Positions 9,354-19,438 are shown, numbered from the stretch's first letter. The stretch is 64,000 nt of DNA from Thermoplasmatota archaeon (GCA_029762535.1 JARVGK010000007.1:39420-103419), one strand, 5' to 3'. Made by a program: numbers and translations. Notes: generated by a model not told the origin, from the letters alone.

Positions 9354-11930
9354 ATGGAGGACCTGCCCAAGCTCACGATCGAGGAGAGGATCCTTCTTGT
9401 GCTCGCCGATAACCTTCGATACGACGAGGCCTTCGAGGTGCCTTCCAGCATGACCCAGGAAGGGCTATCGGAACTGATAGGAGCGAACAGGCCCAACACA
9501 TCCAGATCGCTGGGATCATTGTTGAAGAAGAGGATGGTCAGAGAGAGGCTGGCCCATGTCAAGGGCCACAGGCGCAGGAAGAAGGCCTACATGGCCATGG
9601 GCGAGGGGATCGATGAGGGGCATAGGGTTAGAGAGAACGTGTCCCGACTGAGTATCGGCGGGACCCCGGTATCTGAGATCGCTGAACGGACGGGAAGGAA
9701 CGTTTCCGAAACGTTCCTATACCTCTCGAAAGGCGGGGGCCAGGGGCCTGATCCCGTTGGAACCTTTCCACGAAAGGACAGGGGATTCTTCGGTCGAAGA
9801 GAAGAGGCGATCTCCATCCAGAGATGGGCGAAGGACCCTGATAGCAACGTTCTCGTAATTTGGGGCTTGGCGGGCATCGGCAAGACCGCCTTGGTCAAAA
9901 AGGCGCTGTCCCGGCTAAGATTCGATATCGTATCGGTCCCGGTCGCGTCCACAGCCGAAGGGATACTGCATCAGATAGAGATCGCCCTGTCGACCGATCT
10001 TCCCAGAAAGAGAGGACCTGCAGAAATTGCCGAAAGGATCTTAAAAGCGATCTCGGGAAAGGAGATACTTGTCCTCGATGACCTTCAAAATTCCGATGCC
10101 GCTTTCCTGAGAGTGATGTCCCATGTGGCGGTCAGCCCGTATAAGTTCAAGATGGTCATGATCACCAGGACCAAGGGCTCCTTCTACACCCCGAAACACG
10201 TCCTGGAAGGCAGGATCGCTGAGATGGAGATCCAGGGCTTGAAAAAGGATGATGCACTTGATCTGCTCCGCTCCAGGGGCTTGGACCCCGAGGTCTCGAA
10301 GGATATGTTCGAAAGGTTCGGAGGGCATCCTCTCGCTCTGATGCTCGTATCGGAGAATGAGGGACTCAAGGCCTATTCCGACATATCAGATATGATAGAA
10401 AAGGAGGTGATCTCCTCCCTCTCTGAGGAGGAGCTTTCGCTTTTGAGGGCGATATGCGTTCACCGATCCCCTCTTAACGACATCATGGGGCTCATAAGGG
10501 CAGGGGACCTTTCCCCATCCGCTCTCAGGACACTGTTGGAAAATGGCCTGCTGGAGACCCAGGGAGAAACGGTCAGCGTCCATTCCCTTATCAAGAACGT
10601 CGTGGGCGAGGGAATGGGACCGGACCATTGGAAACGCTTCAACTCGATCGCCTCGGACCTATACCTTCGAAGCATCGATAGATACCCCTCTTACATAGAA
10701 GCGATGTACCACCTGAGCCAGTCGGATAGAAAATCCGAATTCGTGGAATTGTTGAGGGATCGGGGTTCCAGGGCTCTGGACGCGGGTTTCCTGGAGCTCT
10801 TATTGGTCCTGGATGATGTCAACCCCGCCTCCTTCGATGATACAGGGAGGGGATACATACACGCTTTGAAGGGAGAGGGTTTGGGCCTTCTCGGGGACCT
10901 CGAAAAGGCCAGGCATGAAATGGAGCTTGCCATATCCGCCGGTTCCAAGGACCCTTCCCTTGAAGCGTTCATACTTGAGAGGTTGGGAAACACACTCAGG
11001 ATGTCCGGTGATGAGAGAGGGGCTATCGGTTACCTCGAGCGGGCGGAGAGGGCCCTCTTCCGGATGGCAGAAAAGAGTTCGATGGACATATCAAGACATA
11101 TCTCGGCGCTCAACGGCCTGGGTCTATCATATCGGGCCGTGGGTGAGAAAAGATCGGGCATCGATATTTTTCGCCGCTCGATAGAGATCGCCTCGGCATG
11201 CGATCCTTTCGGTTCCAAACCCGCACTCTACCTGAACCTCGGCAGGTCCCTGATGGAGGACGGTGAGAGGTCCAAGGCCTTGATCGAGCTTGAAAAAGGT
11301 TTGGGATCCGCCCGGGATCTGGGGGACGAACATACCGCTTCCCTCATACTGGGAACCATGGGAGAGATAGAGGCGGCACAGGGGAGGCAGCAGGAGGCGA
11401 TGGAGCTCTTCCAGAAGGCGCTGTCCACAACGCCAGACCCGTTCGAACTCGAGGACATGGCATCATCTTATCTCAGCCGGTCCGCCAAGGAGAAGGACGG
11501 AATGGACATGCTGAAGAGGATCGGTTCTCTCCTGAGCGTTAGGCGTTCCTCAGAGGATGCCGACCTGTCGCGTTTGTATTCCATGATCTGCAGGGTCGGC
11601 GGGGAGAGGGGGATCGCGATCCCCTCGGGCATACATGAAAAGGCCTACGATATGTTCATTGACAGAGGTATGCGTCCAGAGGCATACAAAGCCCTGAACA
11701 ATCTTGGGGTCACCCTTTCAAGGTCCGGCGAACATGCCAGGGCCGTGGATACGTTGATGATGACGCTGGAGCTTGCACAGGAGGCGCGATCGAGGATAAT
11801 GACCCTTTACAACCTCTCCAGGGCCCTGAAAAGGCTTAACAGGAACGCAGAGGCATCGTCCAGGATGCTCGAAGCCAAGAGGCTCGCGGAACAGGCCAGG
11901 CAGACGGACCTTATGGAATTGTTAGAATGA
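9354..11930 (+). CDS. STAND-like P-loop NTPase with N-terminal wHTH and C-terminal TPR-like repeats
   Basis: Basic wHTH-like N-terminus. Walker A VIWGLAGIGKTALV and Walker B ILVLDDLQ. Long alpha-helical repeat region with repeated LG..L....G....A patterns. Confidence 0.7.
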   Translation: MEDLPKLTIEERILLVLADNLRYDEAFEVPSSMTQEGLSELIGANRPNTSRSLGSLLKKRMVRERLAHVKGHRRRKKAYMAMGEGIDEGHRVRENVSRLSIGGTPVSEIAERTGRNVSETFLYLSKGGGQGPDPVGTFPRKDRGFFGRREEAISIQRWAKDPDSNVLVIWGLAGIGKTALVKKALSRLRFDIVSVPVASTAEGILHQIEIALSTDLPRKRGPAEIAERILKAISGKEILVLDDLQNSDAAFLRVMSHVAVSPYKFKMVMITRTKGSFYTPKHVLEGRIAEMEIQGLKKDDALDLLRSRGLDPEVSKDMFERFGGHPLALMLVSENEGLKAYSDISDMIEKEVISSLSEEELSLLRAICVHRSPLNDIMGLIRAGDLSPSALRTLLENGLLETQGETVSVHSLIKNVVGEGMGPDHWKRFNSIASDLYLRSIDRYPSYIEAMYHLSQSDRKSEFVELLRDRGSRALDAGFLELLLVLDDVNPASFDDTGRGYIHALKGEGLGLLGDLEKARHEMELAISAGSKDPSLEAFILERLGNTLRMSGDERGAIGYLERAERALFRMAEKSSMDISRHISALNGLGLSYRAVGEKRSGIDIFRRSIEIASACDPFGSKPALYLNLGRSLMEDGERSKALIELEKGLGSARDLGDEHTASLILGTMGEIEAAQGRQQEAMELFQKALSTTPDPFELEDMASSYLSRSAKEKDGMDMLKRIGSLLSVRRSSEDADLSRLYSMICRVGGERGIAIPSGIHEKAYDMFIDRGMRPEAYKALNNLGVTLSRSGEHARAVDTLMMTLELAQEARSRIMTLYNLSRALKRLNRNAEASSRMLEAKRLAEQARQTDLMELLE

Positions 11931-11958
11931 TCGGCATAAAAAATATATATTCTATATA

Positions 11959-11968
11959 TGAATATATA
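11959..11968 (+). promoter_or_regulatory. GAATATATAG element in the AT-rich pstS1 upstream region (candidate TATA or Pho-related box)
   Basis: Lies 77 nt upstream of the pstS1 start. Related copies occur upstream of three other phosphate-related units (16886, 26309, 38551-38560 minus strand). Confidence 0.3.
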
Positions 11969-12044
11969 GCCTATATCCTCTAATATAGTTTACGTATGTA
12001 AATCATATATATACTATGCACTTTGTCTGCCTCGGTGGTAATTA

Positions 12045-13064
12045 GTGAAAGGTTATAGAAAATACATTACCGGGGGCATTGCCGTTTTCGCCGTGGCCTT
12101 GATGGCCATAGTGGCGGGATGCCTGGAAGGAAGCAGTGGAAAGGAAAACCTGATCCAGACGGGTTCGAGCACGGTATTGCCTCTGGCCACGAAGTGGGCT
12201 GAGGAATACGATGGGGCCAACATAGCGGTCTCGGGCGGCGGTTCAAGCCATGGTTTGAACGCCCTCCTGAACGGCGAGGCCGATCTCGGCGATGCCAGCC
12301 GTCTGATGAAGGGGAGCGATTACGAGAAGGTCGGCGGAAACGCCGGTGACGTCAACTCCGACGGGACCGCCAAGAAGGCCGCCCCTACCGGCGTATGGCC
12401 CTACAAATGGGTAGTCGCCTATGACGTTCTCGCTACCGTTGTGAACAATGACAACACATGGGCGACAGAGCTCACTTTCGATCAGCTCTATCACATATTC
12501 ACCACGGATAACACAGCGATATACTGGGACGATCCGATCCTCAACCTGACCGGAGCCCCGCACGAGAAGATCGAGATATACGCTCCAGATGAGGCCTCGG
12601 GAACATACGACTACTTCTTCGAGTCCCTCATCTCCGATTGGGGCAAGGACACCAGGACGGTCAAGACCAGGCTCGAGGCTGGCGATGGGGTCTATCATCC
12701 CAGCGCCGATGACAACGTGATCATGAACGCTATAAAGGCGAACAAGAACGCGATCGGTTTCTTCGGGTTCGCATACCTCATCGAGAACCCGAACGTCGTG
12801 AAGCCCGTCAAGATAGCGGAGACGGATACCTTCGTGGAGCCCTCCTTCGCCACAGTGAGCACCTATCCGATGGCCAGGCCTCTGTTCATCTACACGAACG
12901 GCATCCCCAAACAGGACAACGATAAGGGAAAGGCGATCTATGAGTACCTGGAGTTCATCCTTTCCGAGGAAGGCCAGAGAATGGTACCCGAGGTAGGATA
13001 CGTCAGGCTATCCCTTGTGGACCCCTCTCTCGCAGCGAACCAGCTGGCAGACCTGAAGGCTTGA
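12045..13064 (+). CDS. pstS: phosphate ABC transporter substrate-binding protein, lipobox-type anchor
   Basis: GTG start. N-terminal IVAGC lipobox-like signal. PstS motifs GSSTVLPLA and SGGGSSHG. Followed by pst permease, pstB and phoU. Confidence 0.9.
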   Translation: MKGYRKYITGGIAVFAVALMAIVAGCLEGSSGKENLIQTGSSTVLPLATKWAEEYDGANIAVSGGGSSHGLNALLNGEADLGDASRLMKGSDYEKVGGNAGDVNSDGTAKKAAPTGVWPYKWVVAYDVLATVVNNDNTWATELTFDQLYHIFTTDNTAIYWDDPILNLTGAPHEKIEIYAPDEASGTYDYFFESLISDWGKDTRTVKTRLEAGDGVYHPSADDNVIMNAIKANKNAIGFFGFAYLIENPNVVKPVKIAETDTFVEPSFATVSTYPMARPLFIYTNGIPKQDNDKGKAIYEYLEFILSEEGQRMVPEVGYVRLSLVDPSLAANQLADLKA

Positions 13065-13065
13065 A

Positions 13066-14949
13066 GTGGTGAATATGGAGCCGTCGACGGAAAAGGGCGG
13101 GAACCCTTACAGAAAGAGGTTCCGCCCGGGGGAGGACCTCATATCATGGTTCCTCCTGGGGATGGCGAGCCTGGCGATCATCGTCAGCCTGGCCATAATC
13201 TACACCCTCGTCGACGGCTCTTACGGTTTTTTTATAGACGCCCGTGTTGACATCATCGATTTCTTCACGGGAAAGAACTGGTCCCCGCACGGGGCAACCC
13301 CAAGCTTCGGCATGGGGCCGCTGATCCAGGGGACGGTGATGATCGCGGGTGGCGCACTTATCCTGGGAGGGCCTCTCGGCATCATGGCGGCTTTATATCT
13401 TTCAGAGTTCGCCCATAACAGGATCAGGGCCGTGGCGAAACCGTTCCTGGAGATCCTTGCCGGGATCCCCTCGATCGTTTATGGTTTCTTCGCCCTCCTG
13501 GTCATAAGCCAGGTGTTCAGGGATTACTTCGAAGCGGATTATTTCAACGCCGCGTCCGCGATAGTCGTGATGGCCGTCATGATCCTGCCCATCGTCGTCA
13601 GCGTCTCCGATGACTCGATGAAGGCCGTACCCCGTGAGATGAGGGAAGCGAGCCTGGCAATGGGCGCCACGAAATGGGAGACCGCCACGAAGGTGGTCAT
13701 GCCCGCGGCATCATCGGGCATAATGGCCTCGGTACTCCTCGGACTCGCCAGGGCGATAGGCGAGACCATGGTCGTGGTCCTCGCGGCAGGAAGCATCGCG
13801 AAGTTCTCATGGTCAATATTCCACGAGCACATGACCATGACCGCCTACATCGCCCAGGTGGCAACGGGCGACATACCTCCCGGCATCGGGATCCAGGCGG
13901 CCTTCGCCGTCGGTCTTGTGCTCTTCGCCATCACTTTCTTGATCAACTGGCTGGCATCCAAGGTCGTGATCAGCATCAAGAAAGGCGGGTCCGGGGGCCT
14001 GAGGAGAAAAAAACTCGGCCTCCTCAGCAGCGCACTCCATCTACTTCCCAATCTGACCAACGATCTATTGGATAAGGTAAGATCGGACAGGATGTCGAAG
14101 AACATGACGATGCGTTATGTCAAGGAGCGGGTCGGAAAGGTGGTCCTGGGATCCTCTCTCTTGGTCGCGCTTGTGTTTCTCGTATTCCTGCTCTATTCGA
14201 TACTGGAGCAGGGGTTGTCAGGTCTTACCCCGCATTTCTTCACGAATTTCCCGAGCTCCGACCCCGCAAAGGCGGGGATATGGCCCGTTATACAGGGATC
14301 GGTTTACCTCGTGCTTCTGACCATGCTCTTCGCGATGCCGGTGGGGATCGGGGCCGCGATATACCTAAACGAGTTCGCGAAGGAGAACTGGTTCAATTTG
14401 TTCCTGAGGAGGATCATCCAGAACCTCGCGGGGGTCCCGTCGATCGTCTTCGGGCTAGTGGGCCTCACCATCTTCGTCAGGTTCTTCAGTTTCGGGCTCA
14501 GCCTTCTGTCAGGAGCTCTGACCCTGGCCATAATGGTTCTGCCTATAGTGATCGTGACGTCCGAGGAGGCGCTCAGGTCAGTTCCCCAGACCTTCAGGGA
14601 AGCGGCAAGGGGTTTAGGCGCCACGAAGTGGCAGACTGTCTGGCATCACGTCCTTCCCAATGCGATCCCCGGCGTGCTCACCGGGAGCATCCTGTCCCTC
14701 TCAAGAGCGCTGGGGGAGACCGCACCCATACTCTTTATCGCAAGTTTCTTCTCCAAGGTGGCGCCGAACTCCATCATGGACGGTTTCTTGGCCCTTCCGA
14801 TCACGATATTCTACTGGACCAAACATCCCAAGCAGGAGTTCCAGGACCTCGCAGCGACCACGATCATCGTCCTGTTGTTGATACTCCTTACCATGAACGC
14901 GGTCGCCATATTCATCAGACAGAGATCACAATCCAAAAGGAAGTGGTAG
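13066..14949 (+). CDS. pstCA: phosphate ABC transporter permease, PstC-PstA fusion
   Basis: 627 aa with two tandem permease cores. Each core has the (L)AG(I/V)PSIV(Y/F)G and ARA(I/L)GET motifs. Confidence 0.85.
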   Translation: MVNMEPSTEKGGNPYRKRFRPGEDLISWFLLGMASLAIIVSLAIIYTLVDGSYGFFIDARVDIIDFFTGKNWSPHGATPSFGMGPLIQGTVMIAGGALILGGPLGIMAALYLSEFAHNRIRAVAKPFLEILAGIPSIVYGFFALLVISQVFRDYFEADYFNAASAIVVMAVMILPIVVSVSDDSMKAVPREMREASLAMGATKWETATKVVMPAASSGIMASVLLGLARAIGETMVVVLAAGSIAKFSWSIFHEHMTMTAYIAQVATGDIPPGIGIQAAFAVGLVLFAITFLINWLASKVVISIKKGGSGGLRRKKLGLLSSALHLLPNLTNDLLDKVRSDRMSKNMTMRYVKERVGKVVLGSSLLVALVFLVFLLYSILEQGLSGLTPHFFTNFPSSDPAKAGIWPVIQGSVYLVLLTMLFAMPVGIGAAIYLNEFAKENWFNLFLRRIIQNLAGVPSIVFGLVGLTIFVRFFSFGLSLLSGALTLAIMVLPIVIVTSEEALRSVPQTFREAARGLGATKWQTVWHHVLPNAIPGVLTGSILSLSRALGETAPILFIASFFSKVAPNSIMDGFLALPITIFYWTKHPKQEFQDLAATTIIVLLLILLTMNAVAIFIRQRSQSKRKW

Positions 14950-14952
14950 GAC

Positions 14953-15774
14953 TTGTTCGCATTCCTGAATAAGAAAAAGAAAGAAGAATGTGTTTGCCCC
15001 ATACCCGGGAAAGAAGCCAAGGAAGCCTACATCGATATGAAGGGCGTCAATATATTCTACGGGTCCAATCGCGCGGTCAAGGACGTTTCGATGAGGATCA
15101 AACACCGCAAGGTCACGGCATTCATCGGACCCTCAGGGTGCGGAAAGAGCACGCTTTTAAGGGCCTTGAACCGCATGAACGATGAGATCGACGGATGCAA
15201 GATGACCGGTTCCATATTCATGAACGGAGTGGACATACTCGGAAAGAAGGTGGACCCGGTTTCCCTGAGGACCAACGTCGGCATGGTCTTCCAGAAGCCA
15301 AACCCGTTCCCCAAATCCATCTTCGACAACGTCGCCTACGGACCGCGGATCCACGGGATCAGGAAGAAGAGCACTCTCGACTGCATAGTCGAGAAGAGCC
15401 TGAGGGACGCCGCCCTCTGGGAAGAGGTAGGGGATAGGCTCGCGGAGTCCGCAATAGGACTATCAGGCGGCCAGCAGCAGAGGCTGTGCATCGCCAGGGC
15501 TCTTGCCGTGAACCCCGAAATGATACTGATGGACGAGCCCTGCTCGGCTTTGGACCCCATCGCGACCTCGAAGATCGAGGACCTTATTTTCGAGCTGAAG
15601 AAGAGCTATACTGTCGTGATAGTGACGCACAACATGCAGCAGGCCGCGAGGGTCAGCGACGACACCGGTTTCATGTACCTGGGGGAGCTCATAGAGTTCG
15701 GACCGACGAAACAGATCTTCCAGAGGCCGAAGCAGAAGCTGACTGAAAATTATATTACGGGAAGGTTCGGTTAG
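14953..15774 (+). CDS. pstB: phosphate ABC transporter ATP-binding protein
   Basis: Walker [10 protein letters not shown], signature LSGGQQQRL and Walker B ILMDEP. TTG start 4 nt after the pstCA stop. Confidence 0.9.
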   Translation: MFAFLNKKKKEECVCPIPGKEAKEAYIDMKGVNIFYGSNRAVKDVSMRIKHRKVTAFIGPSGCGKSTLLRALNRMNDEIDGCKMTGSIFMNGVDILGKKVDPVSLRTNVGMVFQKPNPFPKSIFDNVAYGPRIHGIRKKSTLDCIVEKSLRDAALWEEVGDRLAESAIGLSGGQQQRLCIARALAVNPEMILMDEPCSALDPIATSKIEDLIFELKKSYTVVIVTHNMQQAARVSDDTGFMYLGELIEFGPTKQIFQRPKQKLTENYITGRFG

Positions 15775-15782
15775 GTGATGTC

Positions 15783-16433
15783 ATGCCAGAAAAACTTGAC
15801 GATGATATGCAGAAGTTGATGTCGGATATAACCGAGATGGCGAGTCTCTCCAAAGGCATGCTGATCGATTCCGTCCGAGCGCTCAAGGACCTTGACGGTG
15901 ATCTCGCCAATGACATCATATCGAGAAAGGACAGGCTCTACGAGTACGATGACCGCATCGAGGAGCGGGCGTTGAAGATGCTCACGTTATACAGCCCCAT
16001 GGCCTCGGACCTCAGAAGGATAGCCACCGTTTTCAAGATGATAACGTATCTGACAAGGATAGGCAGATACGGATACGACATATCAAAGATAACCCTGCAT
16101 CTGGTGGGCAAGCCCCACGTGAAGAAACTCATAGATATCCCGCGCATGGCCGAGATCGTGGCGGGGATGATCGATGATGTCATAGGCGCATTCCACACGG
16201 GCGACCTTGATAGGATCGCGGACCTGGCAGAGAGGGACAATATCGTGGATGAGACGAGGTATTCGATATTCAGGGAGTGCCTCACATACATGATGGAGGA
16301 CCCATCGACCATAACCCGATGCACGGATTACATAATGATCGCGAGATACCTTGAGAGATGCGGCGATCACGCATGCAAGATCGGTGAGAAGGTTCATTAC
16401 ATGATAACTGGCGAAAGGGTCGAGATCTCATAA
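15783..16433 (+). CDS. phoU: phosphate signalling/uptake regulator PhoU
   Basis: Two PhoU helical repeats, including ERCGDHACKIGE. Sits immediately after pstB. Confidence 0.9.
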   Translation: MPEKLDDDMQKLMSDITEMASLSKGMLIDSVRALKDLDGDLANDIISRKDRLYEYDDRIEERALKMLTLYSPMASDLRRIATVFKMITYLTRIGRYGYDISKITLHLVGKPHVKKLIDIPRMAEIVAGMIDDVIGAFHTGDLDRIADLAERDNIVDETRYSIFRECLTYMMEDPSTITRCTDYIMIARYLERCGDHACKIGEKVHYMITGERVEIS

Positions 16434-16445
16434 GGAGGATCCTCC

Positions 16446-16850
16446 TTGAAGAAGAGCGTTCTGATAATCTGCACTCAGAACTCGGCGAGGTCCCAGATGG
16501 CCGAGGCCATACTCAGGCATCTGAAAAGCGATGAATATGATGCTTTTAGCGCCGGGACGGATCCAACTTTCGTCCATCCCGGGGCCATCGATACCTTGAA
16601 GGAGGCGGGGATCGACACCACCCGTTTGAGATCGAAATCCGCCCTGGAATATCTCGGACGTGATTTCGATCTGGTGGTGACCGTCTGCGACAGGGCCAAG
16701 GAGAAATGCCCGTTCTTCCCGGGGGCCAAAGAGACCGAGCACAGCGGCTTCACGGATCCCGCCGATCTTATGGCCCAGGGCCTGTCCCAGCGCGAGGCCT
16801 TTGCAGAGGTCCGGGACAGGATCCGCCGGTGGATAGAGGATAGGTTCTGA
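16446..16850 (+). CDS. arsC: arsenate reductase, LMW-PTP/thioredoxin-coupled type
   Basis: CX5R P-loop CTQNSARSQMAE plus a downstream Cys pair in VTVCDRAKEKCP. TTG start. Confidence 0.8.
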   Translation: MKKSVLIICTQNSARSQMAEAILRHLKSDEYDAFSAGTDPTFVHPGAIDTLKEAGIDTTRLRSKSALEYLGRDFDLVVTVCDRAKEKCPFFPGAKETEHSGFTDPADLMAQGLSQREAFAEVRDRIRRWIEDRF

Positions 16851-16885
16851 AATATATAAAATATATATCTTTCCGGGCTTTATAT

Positions 16886-16899
16886 ACAAGATATAGGGA
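16886..16899 (+). promoter_or_regulatory. ACAAGATATAGGGA element upstream of the metallophosphoesterase gene
   Basis: 13 of 14 identical to ACAATATATAGGGA at 26309..26322. Lies 67 nt upstream of ATG 16966. Confidence 0.3.
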
Positions 16900-16965
16900 A
16901 TATTAATATCCTCTTCTTTGATTCCCGCGCTTGTAGAACGCGATAAAGCTTTGAAAGGTTGCGGG

Positions 16966-18039
16966 ATGGGAAATATGCTGTTCGATGGACCCGTGCGGAG
17001 AATGGAGAGGATATACTCCGGTTCACCTGGCAAAAGGATCGATGACTCGGACAGGATAGTGATATTCTCCGACATGCACATGGGGAACAAGGGAAGGGCG
17101 GACGATTTCAAGGACAATGCCCACATCTTCAAAACGGCCATGACCTCCCTCTATGTACCTGAGGATTTCGATCTGATCATGAACGGGGACATAGAGGAGC
17201 TGCACAAGTTCAGGCCCAGGAGCGTCATGGATAGCTGGAAGGGCATATACGAAATGTTCAACGGCGCACTCGACAGAGGCGGTCTGGACAAGATATCGGG
17301 GAACCACGACCATAGGATCTGGCATACGGGGGTCCCGAACAGGGTCTCGGATATCATGACCGACGGATTGAAGCTCAGGTTCGGGTCCGACACTATTTTC
17401 GTCATGCACGGGCACCAGGCCTCGCTCAGGGCCGAGTCGCTGGAGAGATGGGTCCACTACGGGCTCAGGTACGGGGCCTCCCCCATAGGATTGAAGAACT
17501 ATTCCTTCCCCCACGAGAGCGAACTCAAGTTCAGGATAGAGGAGAGGGTATATGATTTCTCGAAGAGGAAGAGGATTATGACGATAATAGGGCACACACA
17601 CCGCCCCCTCTTCGAATCCATGTCCAGGGCGGACTCGTTGAAGTTCAAGCTGGAGAGGCTGCTCAGGGATTACACTGACTCCACCGGGGATGAAAAGGCC
17701 AGGATCGAGAGGAACATACACATATACCATGCCGAGCTCGAGCGTCTCCTGCACAAGAACCCGAGGCCCGCCATGAGGGAGAGCCTCTACAACAGGGGCG
17801 TTCTGGTCCCGAACCTGTTCAACTCGGGATCATGCATAGGCAGGAAAGGGATAACGGCCCTTGAGATAGAGAACGGGAGGATCTCGCTCGTGTACTGGTT
17901 CGATGCCGATAGGTCCACGAAATATTTCAACTACAACGGATTCAAACCCCAACGGGCGGAAGGATCCTCCATCTACAGGGTCGTTCTGAAGGAAGAGGAC
18001 CTCTCCTACATATTCTCCAGGATCAATCTGCTCTCTTGA
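16966..18039 (+). CDS. calcineurin-like metallophosphoesterase
   Basis: Motifs IFSDMHMGN, NGDIEE, GNHD and GHTH. ATG 16966 lies within ORF 16918..18039. Confidence 0.75.
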   Translation: MGNMLFDGPVRRMERIYSGSPGKRIDDSDRIVIFSDMHMGNKGRADDFKDNAHIFKTAMTSLYVPEDFDLIMNGDIEELHKFRPRSVMDSWKGIYEMFNGALDRGGLDKISGNHDHRIWHTGVPNRVSDIMTDGLKLRFGSDTIFVMHGHQASLRAESLERWVHYGLRYGASPIGLKNYSFPHESELKFRIEERVYDFSKRKRIMTIIGHTHRPLFESMSRADSLKFKLERLLRDYTDSTGDEKARIERNIHIYHAELERLLHKNPRPAMRESLYNRGVLVPNLFNSGSCIGRKGITALEIENGRISLVYWFDADRSTKYFNYNGFKPQRAEGSSIYRVVLKEEDLSYIFSRINLLS

Positions 18040-18043
18040 GATC

Positions 18044-18466
18044 TCAATGGCAGTAAGGGGTGAGGTCGCAGAGCTTCGAAGCGTTCACCTGCTTGAGCTT
18101 GCTCCTTTTACCCTTCTGGTACGGAAGCTCGTCCTGAACATCGATATGGATGGAGGGGGAGTTCCTTTCCATTGTCACAGGGTCGATCTTCCGTCCTATC
18201 CTCTGAACCTCTCCGTTCTTGCATATGCAGGTGTGGACGTCCCTTAGACGGTCTATCAGATAGCAGAACTCGCTCTCGTCGAGCTTCGAACCGGTCTTCT
18301 TCTGGTCATCCTTGAAGACGTAACCCAGCCCCTCGATGAAGACCGTCCCGTCATCGATGATCTCCTCCTCCCATTCCTCGTACTTGCCCAGGGACCTGAA
18401 GAAGAGAAATCCCAGACCGGCCAGGAATAGCGTTATGGCGGATAGCGTCAGCCCGGAGATGATCAT
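18044..18466 (-). CDS. hypothetical membrane-anchored protein
   Basis: Single N-terminal TM (LSAITLFLAGLGFLFF). No recognised family. Confidence 0.45.
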   Translation of the reverse strand: MIISGLTLSAITLFLAGLGFLFFRSLGKYEEWEEEIIDDGTVFIEGLGYVFKDDQKKTGSKLDESEFCYLIDRLRDVHTCICKNGEVQRIGRKIDPVTMERNSPSIHIDVQDELPYQKGKRSKLKQVNASKLCDLTPYCH

Positions 18467-18619
18467 GAGTATGGTCTGCGTGATATCGCCTCTTATATGC
18501 TGTTTATACGAATCTGGATAACGTTTTTTATCCTTGCCTATGTACTAGATAGACACTATTTAGCCGGATATAGTCTATAGATAATATGGCGCGGCATTCT
18601 CACAAGTGGTACTTCCGGG

Positions 18620-19438
18620 TCACCAATCGTATGTGGAAGAGGTTGTGGACCTCATCCCGAACTGATCGGCCACATCGAGCCGTATCGAGTAGGTCATCGG
18701 TGACATCGGGAACGTGACCCTGGCCATCCTTCCGTTGAGGGGGAATTCCAGGTCGGGAGTTCCCGGGAGACCATCATGGTCATATGAGATCGTCCAGTCC
18801 CAGCTCAATATCTCTCCGCCCACCCCCGGATGATCGGAAAGCGAACCGTCGAGGACCGGGACCGATATGTACGATGCCGACCCCGCATCCCATTCCGTCT
18901 GGGTCCTTACAACGAAGACAGGGGACGGAGGGAGGAAGTTCCTGTTGAACGAGTTCCCGTAGCTGGTGGATATCTTGATGTTCAGATAGGACGTGAGCGC
19001 TATGTCCTTGTCCCCGCCGAAGAAGTAAGTGTCCGGATATACGATAATCGTCACCTGCTCAGTCGAATCCAATTTGCCCCAGGAGGCGTAATCCGTCCCG
19101 GTCTCGAGGAGAACTCCGTTCTTCATGATATCGAACTTCTCGACGACGTGTTCGTTTATGCTTATCATCCTGATGTAGGAGGTGCCCTCATGGAAGCTGG
19201 CGATGATCAATCCGATCTCGAACCACTCCGTTCCGGCAAGGTTCTCCTGAAGCGATATGGAGGATATGCCTATCTTCTCATTATCGCTGAGGTCCTGTAT
19301 CCTCTGGTTCCTCTGGTACGCGTCCTGGCGGTCAGCCACGAAAACGGCGAACGATGTGGCGGCGACGACGACGATCAGAACGAGTATCAACGCTCCGACC
19401 ACCTCGGAGACTCCCGAACCGCCCTTGATCTTCTTCAT
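18620..19438 (-). CDS. archaeal type IV pilin-like protein (class III signal peptide) with C-terminal Ig/PKD-like domain
   Basis: N-terminus MKKIKGGSG/VSEVVGALILVLIVVVAATSFAVF matches the prepilin pattern of a short basic n-region, a small residue and a long hydrophobic helix. Confidence 0.7.
   Translation of the reverse strand: MKKIKGGSGVSEVVGALILVLIVVVAATSFAVFVADRQDAYQRNQRIQDLSDNEKIGISSISLQENLAGTEWFEIGLIIASFHEGTSYIRMISINEHVVEKFDIMKNGVLLETGTDYASWGKLDSTEQVTIIVYPDTYFFGGDKDIALTSYLNIKISTSYGNSFNRNFLPPSPVFVVRTQTEWDAGSASYISVPVLDGSLSDHPGVGGEILSWDWTISYDHDGLPGTPDLEFPLNGRMARVTFPMSPMTYSIRLDVADQFGMRSTTSSTYDW

Noticed and set aside
14953-15036. The N-terminal 28 codons of pstB1 ([28 protein letters not shown]) depend on a TTG start and might not be translated.
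   Set aside because: I did not raise this as a finding. Starting at the internal Met (15037) would leave an unusually short N-terminus compared with PstB2, and the TTG lies 4 nt after the pstCA stop. The longer model is kept, but the start remains uncertain.
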